Shown in pieces: positions 52,953 through 64,000 of a stretch of 64,000 nucleotides of DNA. The notes under the pieces were generated by a model. That model saw only the letters and a list, made by a program, of their open reading frames with translations, made no database searches and was not told the origin of the DNA. This DNA comes from Eledone cirrhosa (Eukaryota): contig OZ024740.1 in assembly GCA_964016885.1 (NCBI GenBank), positions 355,508,001 through 355,572,000 on the forward strand, written 5' to 3'. Every line of letters starts with the position of its first letter. Position 1 is the first letter of the stretch. The position numbers and the translations under genes were made by a program.

Positions 52953-55900
52953 CTGCAAGTAATAATAAATATATATGCAATACTTATCACAGGGGTAAAT
53001 ATTACATAGCTCAAATTGTCTACATGTATGACATACTTTCTCTATATAGATGCTTGAAGGAAAGTGTGTGTGTGTGTGGTGGGTGTGTGTGTGTGCGTGT
53101 GCGCATAGACATATCCTATAATATATATATATAAAATACACAAACTGAACACAACTATATAGACATATCCTAATACATACATACATATATATATATACTG
53201 ACTCCCTACCCTATAATAATATCAAGTATGGAGGGCTTAGTTGAATAATGATCTTACTAATCTCAACTAGTAACATCCCAAATATAAATATACATTAATA
53301 TATTTTCGTGCAAAGTATTAGAACTAGAAAGTACCTAGATTATATGAAAGAATGAAAAATCGTAAAGTGTATAGAACCCATGTTTTTAAAGTAGACATAA
53401 CAGGAATGCAAAGTACATAACACTTGATAATATCTAGACTCCCAAAATACTTAATGTGATGGGAATCTTCCACCAAGCTGAATCTACTACACAGGTTCAA
53501 TTCTCATTCCAGCTGATTTACTTCATTTACACACATAATTTCAGTGATTTCCACTGATAGTGAACTGAATAGCCAGCCTGTAAAAAGATGGCTTGTCCTA
53601 GATACATTATACAAAGACTGCTCTTGTTTAGCATCTGGTTGGCTTTGATGAACCATTTCATAACTATATTTCTAAAGGAGGGAAAATAATTTTAAGAATG
53701 ATAAAAATTTGGGGAGATTCACTAATACAACTGAATTTTTTCATTACTTGGAACATAACTTAAAAGCTCTCATGAAATGATTTAAGATAAATATAAAGAC
53801 TGTAAAATAAACAGTTTTGTATTGCAGAATCAGGAGCAGTTTCATGTGTTTTCGTAATCAAAAGAGTTATGCAGGCCTGAGATCAAGTGATGAATATTCT
53901 ATATTTTATTCAGGTATAGTATATCTAGGACTACATTCTACAACATGCACTTTATTTTTTTAAACAATAGTATGGCAAGATTTGAACATTTGACTGATAT
54001 TTTTAGCAAGTCGAGTAATTGTGAAAAGTGTAGAGGCTTTTTCATTGGTTTCAAAGAATCTTTAGTGGTTTTGAATTGGAACTAAAGAACCCAGAAAATA
54101 TTGCCAACAAAAAATACTTAGCTAGGTATAGATTAAATAATATATAATTTTCTCAAGTAGGTGATATAAATATTATTATGACAAAATGATGGGCTGGGCT
54201 AACTTTATAACCTATCAACACCTACATCATTGATGCACATGGCAAATATTTAAAAGCAACAAATGAAAACAGGAATACCATTATGTCAGACAGTCAAGAA
54301 TGAAACTGAGTAAACAGTGAATATAAACAGTTCTAGGCAGGAATATGTACTGGAGAAAGATACACACAACATATTTATTCTATTGGTTTCACTTATTGGA
54401 CTACAGCAAAGTTGGGCCACTACCTTCAACAATTTTAATCAATTATATAAAATCTAGTAATAGAACTTATCTTATTGATTTCATAGAATAAAAAACACCC
54501 AACTTGTAAGGTATCATACACAACGCTGTATTTTTTTCAATTCACTAATCCTGCCATCCCACACAATTATGTGTGTGTGTTTATCAGCATCAGATGTGAA
54601 AATCTCACACACACACACACATATATATGTACATGGATGTGTGAGTGTGTGTATTGCAACAATTTGTAATGTATTGATACCTGAACAGTACTCAAAGACT
54701 TAAAAATCATTGTTGCTGTACAAAAACATTTCAATGTAATTCATCCTAGATTTATATCAACAGAGGAACCTTAACTTCTGAGTGAGTTGTAGGGGAGGGG
54801 AGAGTACACATCATCACATATGGCATGTCTAGAGCATTTTAACCTGATAGAACTCATCATTCTCCAGTTCAGAACAGCCAATTTCTTCTAGAGAAAAACA
54901 CTGAGAAAGAAGTGAGAAAGGGTAGAGAGGGAGAATCAATTTCATTATTGGACTGGTACTTTATTTATTGACTGCAAAAAGATGAAAGGTTAAACTGACC
55001 TTGGTTGGATTTAAATTCAGAGAGCAAAGTCAGAACAAATACCATAAATCATTCTATTACATGTTATAAAGACTGCCACTTAGGCAGATTTATATAAAAG
55101 AAGCAAAATTATAAAAAGAACAGTACCTTAGAAATGAGATGATTTCAAGTATTTTGTAAAGCATCATACTTAAAATCTATTTAAGTTTTTGATGTTTTAC
55201 CAATGGAAACAACCCAAGACATTTGAAGCATTACTATGAATAATTGTAAGACTAAGACATAGCAACAAGTGGAGGTCAATGTAGTAAACGGAGGCCAAGG
55301 GATGTATAAGAAGAAACAGTGTTATCAGATCTCAGATTGCTGAGCCTCACATATGAGATGATAAAAGATATATTTGCGGCAATATTCTGCATAACAAACC
55401 TGTCAAAAGGGCTGATGTCTACATAATTCCTGAAAGTGGCATTTAACGATGAAAACATATTTTAGTATTCTGAAAACGAAAACAAGCTCAGATTGTGTAC
55501 TTTGAGTCAGGCTAGAGTAGTGTCGATATGAAGTTTTGCTGTGATGGAAAACATCATATGACCCTCATATTTTCCCAATAGAGCTTCATCTAACACTTTT
55601 ATCAAATGAGACACCATAGAAGTCAAAAGCTTTGTAGTTAGTGGCCCACTGCCTCTAAGCATGTTGAACTGAGTGGTGGATTAGGTCTTACAATCCATGT
55701 AGGCTGTAGTGTGACTTCAATTTAGAACACAAAATGTGAGAACTAATACTGCAAGGCATCTCTTCTGATATTTTAATAATTCTACCAATTTACCACCTGG
55801 GAATTGTACTCTATTTCATTAACCTAAAAAGAAAGAAGAGCAAAGCTAACCTTGGTAAAACTTGAAATCTAAGTATGGAAAGGCCAGATAAAATGCTCTA

Positions 55901-56663
55901 ATGACTGCCAGTCCCTGCACACACACACACACACACACACACATTGATGCCTCCCCATTCATCATGACTGACTATGGATTTGTATTTTGTACATGGAAAT
56001 TTCCTCTCCAAGGCTCAAGCCTGGACAACATTATTTGTGGAAGACTAGCAGTCAATCATGCATGCTAGTCACTCTCCCATCTCTATTCTCTTGATGGTCT
56101 TCAAAGGAACGGAAAAGACCAACACAGCTTGGTGCCAGTGTCATCATAATTTATTTTTTCCAGTCAAGTGGACACAGCATTCCTCTCAGTCTGGGAATTG
56201 TACTCACCATTTTACAAATATGAGATCAACATCCTAGTCACACATACATACATCAATAGCTCTATATAAAAGTTAGTTCATTTTTGCCCTTAATCGCTGA
56301 TGGAGTCAGTGGGGGGAGGGGCAGAGTCTTAATGAAGCCAATCCCTCTTCAATTCTGAACACAGCTATTTTCTTCTTCGAGACAGAGTATGTGGACAAAT
56401 CAAGCCCAGTATTAGCATTAGCCTTCATATATTAACCTTGAAAGAGTTGATCTCAGCTATATAAAAGGAACGATAAATACAGTGGAATATAACAGAAAAA
56501 TATGAAAGCAAAAGAAGTCCCATAGTCTTTAACTATAGAATAGGAGGTATCATTATGGATACCTTAGAGAAGTTGGTACCATGAGGAATAATTGAATAAA
56601 TATATCTTGTCTATTTGCTTGCTTTGTGGAATTTATTTAAAGGATAACAACACAAGGAGTGTT

Positions 56664-56856
56664 TTAACCCTTTATCATTTACATTATTCTATATTTACTA
56701 TTGTACATAATTATCTCACATAATTTCAAATGTATGAGATTTTGATGTTATTTTAAGAACAATACTTTAACGTCAGTATGAGTGGCTGCTTATGGTTGGT
56801 TTGAACAGAAAGAGGTGAGAGAATTCTGGCCGGATATGGCTGGTTTAAATGCTAAA
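56664..56856. mobile_element. piggyBac-like MITE (degenerate)
   Basis: ttaaccctttatcattt start; inverse of the 63317 family. Confidence 0.6.
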
Positions 56857-57376
56857 ACCAGTTTGTTTAGGTTAGCTGTTTGTTCTGCCAGATGCCTTTC
56901 CTGGCACCAACACTTTCAGCCACCTCTTATGACACACAGCAATAGTGTATTGTTTCTAAATGAAATACACACAGCATAGATTTATTTAACAGAATACACA
57001 CTACTTATCAAGCCATAAGATTGTTCTGAGAATTTGTGTTTGAGTATGGGCACATGACTATGTATATATGAATAAAATGCATATGTTTGTATATCTCCAG
57101 CATGTATTTGAGTATATGTGAGTATGATTATATCCATGCAATGTGTTTATGTGTGTGTTTGTTTGTCTCCTCACAGAATCTGTTGTATGTTTTGCAAATT
57201 TTCCCTGTACCACTAATCTATTAGATCTGTAGGATGTGTCAAACACACACATATAATATTAACATTGCTGCCACATGGTTTCAGGCTTGTTCTCATTGCA
57301 TGGAACTATGATACTATGGTGAAGTATCTTCCACCAGAGTATAACTTTAACAGTTTTTTGCCAATGGGGAAATGTT

Positions 57377-57582
57377 TTAATTCTTTAGCATTCAAACCAG
57401 TTGTATCTGATCAGAATTCTCTCACCTTTTTCTGTTGAAACCAGCCACTCATACTAACATTAAGGTATTGTTCTCAAAATAAATAATATCAAAATCTCAT
57501 AGATTCAATATTATGTGAGATAAAGCCTTTACCTAGAAAATATAATAGTAAATATAGAGTAATGTAAATGCTAAGGGGTTAA
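57377..57582. mobile_element. piggyBac-like MITE
   Basis: TTAA...ctttagcattc and aatgctaaggggTTAA. Confidence 0.7.
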
Positions 57583-59576
57583 AATCAAATTCAGAAAAGT
57601 GGGAGAGATAATAACTATGGACTAGTTAACTATATTTAGACAAATATGAAATATAATGTCGGTGAGATTATAGAAGGTACAACCTTTTTGACTACATATG
57701 GCCATGAAATTATACACTAACTATTGTGATTATCTCCATTGTACTACTCCATTTTACATGACTGCTGGCAGGTTCTATATTTCTTTTTTGCAGATGAGCC
57801 ATTAACCCTTCTGACCCCGCCCCCCCCAAAAAAAAAATGCTTCTAGTTCTACAATACAAAAGTATTTGTTTTAAAATGTTTGTATATATCTAAAATAACT
57901 TCTATCATAATTTATGTAAGAACCATTGTTATGTTATGTCACAAACATTAGCGTAATAATGATAGAGGTAGTTATATTACTAAATTCTTCATTATTTATA
58001 AAATTATAAAAAAATCATAGACTGTCTTTTATTAGGAATATAGCATGAAAATATCAAAATTTATGAAACCCCAAATTATTGCTGGAAAGTGAACAATGAA
58101 TTTCATACAGAGTATCTCAGGAAAACATGTCACAGTTCTCTAATGAAGGTTTTTATGAGTAGATAAACCACTAAAATATGAACATAAAATTTAAATAACT
58201 CCAGCAACATTACCAGAATCAATGCCAAAACCAGAAGAAGGGAATGGACCTTAGTCAGTTTCAATGATGAGTGTTCCAGCTGTTTGATCAATGGAACAGT
58301 ATGCTCATGAAATTAACACCTAAGTAGCTGAGCATTCCTTAGATATGTATATCCTGAATGCAATTGTCAAAGAGATTCAGCAGATGACAGAGTGTGTGAC
58401 AAAGCTAGATCTTTGAATTTCAGGTACAACTAATATTTGCCAGCTGAATGAACTGGAACAACATGAAATAAAATGTCTTGCTCAAGGACACAATGTGTCA
58501 CCAGGAATCAAACTCATAACTTTACGATCATGTGCAGAATACACTAGTCACTAAGCCTTCACACCAAAAGTAATAATCAATTGAGTTCCACAAAGAAATA
58601 GGAAACCTAGTCAATAAGACCCATAGGTACCCACCATATAGTAGAGCTATCTTTCTGAGAGAGTGAAAGCTGGCAGGGTAAATATCCGATGATCATGAAA
58701 GCCTCATGTTTTAGAATTAATTATAAATCTTTAAAACCTAGCCTATAAAAAGAAATTCTAGTTATGAACTTAGAACTGTTCACAGAGTTACTAAATGTTT
58801 TTTAATGAAGTATACTGAATGAAAAATGTTCAATAAAAATACTTTAATTAAAGTGCAAAATAGCATTAAAATAACGTGGAATCAACTAAATAAATCACCA
58901 GAATAAATTCTTTATTGTGAAAAACTTGCAATCTTGGCTGAAATTTAACAACATACGGTAGCAATATATGTACACACACACACATGTTCATTTGAAACTG
59001 TGACTTACTTCCATTACTGGAAAGGAGTCTCAAGTTCAAATAAAGTAAATCTTTCTTCTGCTTGTAATTCAAACACACACACTCTTCTTACTCCCCCTAC
59101 CTAGCTCTTCACCACGACTACCCTCCTCTTTATCGACCACATCCTCTCCTCATACATTAATCAGCTACCCATCTCTCTATCACACCCCCACCCTACTGAC
59201 CACATCCCTCACACCAAAACATCGCACCTCTCCCCATACACTAATCAGCCACCCCTACCCTTGACTCATTGCCCAACCAAATCCCCCCCAAAACCCATAA
59301 CTTCATACTTATCTCCCTCTCCAGAGATGAGAGCTCTACTTTTGGATCAATTCCCAACAACCTTTCTAATGATGGTTCCACAAAAATGCACACCGTATAC
59401 TTCATAAGGGTGGTTGGGCACCCCACTGTAGAAACCATGCCTAAAAGGGTTAAGAGGACCCTTTAGTAGAGTCAAAGACACAACCACCTATCTAGTATTG
59501 GTGATCTACATGATAAAACACAGCTAGTAAATGCTGTAAAGTGGTTGGTGAAAGGAAAGGCATCCAGCCGGAGGAG

Positions 59577-60020
59577 GCTTGCCAAACAAAGGGTTGGGAG
59601 GACCCTTTAGTTGTGTCAAGGACACGACAGCCTCCCTAGTGCTGGTGATCTACACAATGAAACCACCCAGCTGTAGAGAGCTTGCCAAACAAAGGGTTGG
59701 GAGGACCCTTTAGTTGTGTCAAGGACACGACAGCCTCCCTAGTGCTGGTGATCTACACAATGAAACCACCCAGCTGTAGAGAGCTTGTCAAACAAAGGGT
59801 TGGGAGGACCCTTTAGTTGTGTCAAGGACACGACAGCCTCCCTAGTGCTGGTGATCTACACAATGAAACCACCCAGCTGTAGAGAGCTTGCCAAACAAAG
59901 GGTTGGGAGGACCCTTTAGTTGTGTCAAGGACACGACAGCCTCCTAGTGCTGGTGATCTACACAATGAAACCACCCAGCTGTAGAGAGCTTGCCAAACAA
60001 AAGGTTGGGAGGACCCTTCA
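59577..60020 (+). repeat. 103-bp tandem repeat (about 4.3 copies) inside a family C retroposon
   Basis: Units start at 59577, 59680, 59783, 59886 and 59988 and are nearly identical. Confidence 0.95.
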
Positions 60021-60208
60021 GTATGTGTCAAAAGACGCGACAACTTCTCCTCTGCACTCGATATAACCATACATAAGAGGGATACAGACCCCTTAGCCAG
60101 TTTGTGAGGTTAGTAGACCTGCCTCAGTATTGGCTATATTCATGTAGACCCATCCAACACTTACTAGCAGTAAAAGCGGACGTTTATGCTGCTGCTGATG
60201 ATATGCGC

Positions 60209-60267
<59 letters not shown>

Positions 60268-60269
60268 AC

Positions 60270-60590
60270 AGGTAAAGACCCCTCCCTTTGGTCCCATGGA
60301 ATTTGCCCCTAGAGAGTTTCCCTTTCCCATCACAAGTCTGGGCAAGGTATTTTTGTGGAAGACCAGCAGTCACCCCTCTTCATGCCACTGATGTTGTCCA
60401 AAGGAAAGGCAAAGGCCAATACAGCTTAGCACCAGTGACGTCACAACTCATTTCTACAGCTGAATTAACTGGAGCATTGTAAAATAAAGTGTCTTGCTCA
60501 AGAACACAACACATCACCTGGTTCAGGAATCAAACTCAAAATCTCACAATTGTGAATCTGATGCTCTAACCACTAAGCTACATGCCTTCT
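60270..60590 (-). mobile_element. tRNA-headed SINE with CORE-like body
   Basis: Reverse complement of the 12598 family, with an intact head (gctctaaccactaagc). Confidence 0.8.
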
Positions 60591-60746
60591 TATATATATA
60601 TATATATTTCCTTGAGGAACTGGAATCATATGATTCTAATTCCTCAAGTAAATAACAACACAACCAGAAGCTGGATCTATTGATGTATTGATGGAGTAAA
60701 ACACACTTCAACAACATGTGTACCTGTCTTTCCCACACCAATTCGG

Positions 60747-60801
60747 ACTGCCTGAAGAGGTCACAGCCAATGATGGCTGTCACCGAAATATATATAGCAG
60801 T
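60747..60801 (+). ncRNA. Canonical minimal type I hammerhead ribozyme
   Basis: Stem I actgc/gcagt; CTGAAGA at 60752-60758; stem II ggtcacagcca/tggctgtcacc; GAAA at 60785; palindromic atatatat helix III; AUA cleavage triplet. Confidence 0.85.
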
Positions 60802-60865
60802 ATATCTATAATTTATAATAAACGAAGCCAAATTTTACATATTTGACTTAATTATTTTATTTTAT

Positions 60866-60866
60866 A

Positions 60867-60899
<33 letters not shown>

Positions 60900-60934
60900 A
60901 ACATAAATATATATATATATACACACACACAAAC

Positions 60935-60965
<31 letters not shown>

Positions 60966-61304
60966 AACATATATATATATATATACACACACAAACATAT
61001 ATATATATATATACACACACAAACACATATATATATATACACACACAAACACATATATATATATACACACACACACAAACACATATATATATATACACAC
61101 ACAAACATATATATATATACACACAAACACACACATATATATATATATACACACACACACATAAACATATATATATATACACACACACACACAAACATAT
61201 ATATATATATACACACAGACACACAAACATATATATATATATATAAATATATATATATATACACACACACAAACATATATATATATATACACACACACAC
61301 AAAC

Positions 61305-61341
<37 letters not shown>

Positions 61342-61370
61342 AACATATATATATATATATATATATATAT
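60866..61370. repeat. Higher-order compound microsatellite [(AT)n(AC)nAAAC]n
   Basis: Directly visible. Confidence 0.95.
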
Positions 61371-61371
61371 A

Positions 61372-61616
61372 GTGGTGGAACACTGGATGGTAATATCCGT
61401 AGTGGTAGAGCACTCAGTCCATGGGACGAGTTAGGTAGAAGTGGTTACACAACAGTTAGTTCACCATACCGAGAACAATTGTTTCACCTAAGCGGATCCT
61501 CAGCTCGTTTGTACGGTTGTCCTTCCTGTTCCTATAACCATGCCCATCCCGAGCTGAAGATCCGCTAAGGTGAAACAATTGTTCTCGGTATGGTGAACTA
61601 ACTGTTGTGTAACCAC

Positions 61617-61620
<4 letters not shown>
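61372..61620. mobile_element. Young foldback Penelope-type element with a hammerhead in each arm
   Basis: Arms 61437-61507 / 61550-61620 differ at 2 positions; one-sided tail 61372-61436; (TA)n on both flanks. Confidence 0.8.
61544..61593 (+). ncRNA. Minimal type I hammerhead ribozyme
   Basis: Stem I ccatcccgag/ctcggtatgg; CTGAAGA; weak stem II (cc/gg); GAAACaattGTT with palindromic acaattgt; the minus-strand twin at 61464-61507 has CTGAGGA. Confidence 0.75.
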
Positions 61621-61675
<55 letters not shown>

Positions 61676-61688
61676 CACACACAAACAT

Positions 61689-61735
<47 letters not shown>

Positions 61736-62034
61736 CAGACACACATACATTCAGCCATTATAACAAGTAGTTATATAGTAAACAAATTAACATAATGACA
61801 TCGGGTAACAAGCAAAAACTGAAAAGACATCAAAATATAGATTGCTCAGGCAAAGCTAATTGAAAAAGAAAAAAAAACAAGATGCAAAAATATTTGGAAA
61901 AAATAAAAAATATAACGAATATATAAAAAAAAAAGAAAATGCTCAGAAAAACATGAATGAGTTATAACTTATTTAAACAATTTCATTAAAAACTGAGAAA
62001 CATGTAAATGTTAATAGAAATATGATCTGTGTAA

Positions 62035-62225
62035 GAGAGAGAGGGGGGAGGCAGAGAAGAGAGAGAGGGGGAGGCAGAGAAGAGGCGAGAGAGAGAGGGG
62101 GTGGCGAGAGAGGGGGAGAGTGAGGTGGCAAGAGAGGTGACGAGAGAGAGGTGACAAGAGAGAGAGAGGTGGCGAGAGAGAGAGAGAGGTGGCGAGAGAG
62201 AGAGAGGTGGCGAGAGAGAGAGAGA
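62035..62225. repeat. GA-rich minisatellite (ggtggcgagagagag-like units)
   Basis: Directly visible. Confidence 0.85.
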
Positions 62226-62509
62226 AATATAGAAGAGTGGGTGTTCAAAATCAAAAATAAAGATATATAAAGATAGATAATGAAAGAGTTAAAAAGAAAA
62301 AAAATATGAACTATGATATTAAGTGTAAAATCAAAAAGCAAGACATGTTGATAGTTAGGAACTGTGATACAGTACAAAAAGAGAAAACAAAATGTAAATA
62401 ACTGCATGTACATAAGAGAAAATAGAAGTGGTCTTTAACTGTGTGTGGCAGTGAAGTACACTTCAAATCTAAATGAGACCAGATATTTAAAAATAACACT
62501 CACATATTT

Positions 62510-62778
62510 ACATACATGTGTATGTGTATGTATATATATATATATATATATATACATACATACATACATACATAAACATGTGTGTATATATATATGTATA
62601 TATATATACACATACATACACGTGTATATATATATACACACACATACATACACATATGTGTATATATATATATATATATACACACACACATACATACACA
62701 TATGTGTATATATATATATATATATATACACACACATACATACACATATGTGTATATATATATATACACACACAAGTG

Positions 62779-62814
<36 letters not shown>

Positions 62815-63115
62815 TATATGTGTATATATATATATACACACACATACATACACATGTATATATATATATATATACACACACACATACATACACATGTATA
62901 TATATATATATATATACACACACACATACATACACATGTATATAAATATATACACACACACATACACGTGTATATATATATATATACACACACACATACA
63001 CGTGTATATATATATATACACACACACACATACGCATGCATGTATATATATATATTAATTTTTATGCATGTGTATATATATATATATAAACATATATACA
63101 GATGTGTGTGTGTGT
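62510..63115. repeat. Higher-order compound TA/CA microsatellite
   Basis: Repeated (TA)n(CA)nTACATACACATATGTG-like units. Confidence 0.95.
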
Positions 63116-63316
63116 GCATTAGTATGTGTGAGTGTGTAGGAGAGAGAAGAGTAATAATACTAGTGGTGGTGGTGATGGTGGCTGTGCTTGCAGTGATAGT
63201 CAGAGGATAGTCATAGTGTTAGAGATAGCATAAGTAGAAGTGGTAGTAACACTGGTGACGAAATGGTAACAGTATTGATTTAGGATGACAATGAGAACAT
63301 CACATCAATTCTACAT

Positions 63317-63543
63317 TTAACCCTTTAATGTTCAAACCGGCCATAACCAGCCAGAATTCTCTACGTTTTTCTATTGAAACTGGCTGTAACTGGTTGCTCA
63401 AACTGATGTTAAGATATTGTTCTCAAAATAAATACTTTCAAAATCTCACAGGTTCGATATTATGAGAGATATTATGGGAGGTAAAGCTTTTACCATGAAA
63501 ATATAAAAGTATATATAGAGTAATATGAATGCTAAAGGGTTAA
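63317..63543. mobile_element. piggyBac-like MITE with TTAA TSD
   Basis: TTAAccctttaatgttc ... gaatgctaaagggTTAA. Confidence 0.78.
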
Positions 63544-63909
63544 AGATTGTCTACCTGTAACGATAAGGGGAGCAACAAACCAAGGTTCTTTGTTCAAGGA
63601 CACATGTAATGTAATTACTGGATAGAAGAAGAAATTTACTAAACAATTTCCATATTAAATTACATATTTTCTGAAACTAATTTTCAAATACCCAAAATAT
63701 CCACCTAAATATATCTTGAGGTTTACAATTTTTGAGCTAATATGTAACTACAACTAATTATTTCATATCTCAAAGGAGGTTGCATATACACACACATATA
63801 TGCACACATACATACATATACAGAGCCACACATACATATACATGCACACACACATACATACATACAAGCATATATTTACACACACATATATATATATATG
63901 CGTAAATCA

Positions 63910-64000
63910 TACCACTGCAAGTCCATATCATACCACTGCAAAGTGGCCGTGGAGGTGCCACGGCAAAAAAGCACCCAGCACTCACTGTAAATGAGGTTGG
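63910..64000 (+). mobile_element. Start of an RTE-tailed SINE (family B 3' module)
   Basis: Reverse complement of 13062-13130. Confidence 0.7.

Noticed and set aside
59577-60020. Possible CRISPR array
   Set aside because: Contiguous near-identical units with no unique spacers, no cas genes, eukaryotic context.
60852-63210. Long ORFs of 150-230 aa (YIYI/CVCV/THTH)
   Set aside because: Stop-free translations of TA/CA microsatellites, open in several frames on both strands.

Overview
AT-rich, microsatellite- and retroposon-dense eukaryotic DNA; the SINE types, (CAT)n tails and (TA)/(CA) tracts suggest a coleoid cephalopod, most likely Octopus (inferred, not searched). It contains a decayed R4/Dong-clade RLE non-LTR retrotransposon (1-3513, minus), three 5'-truncated sister copies in TA/CA/TACA microsatellites, many tRNA-derived SINEs, Tc1/pogo-like and piggyBac-like MITEs, a 5S rRNA relic, and scattered candidate exons of a minus-strand membrane-protein gene (clear last exon 28086-28342). 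The main finding is a set of short, ORF-less, (TA)n-flanked Penelope-type elements, many of them foldbacks, carrying type I hammerhead ribozyme folds. Two have canonical cores (60747, 61544) and several have a compensatory U3-A8 core (clearest at 26983 and 46103). Almost all other listed ORFs are translations of repeats.
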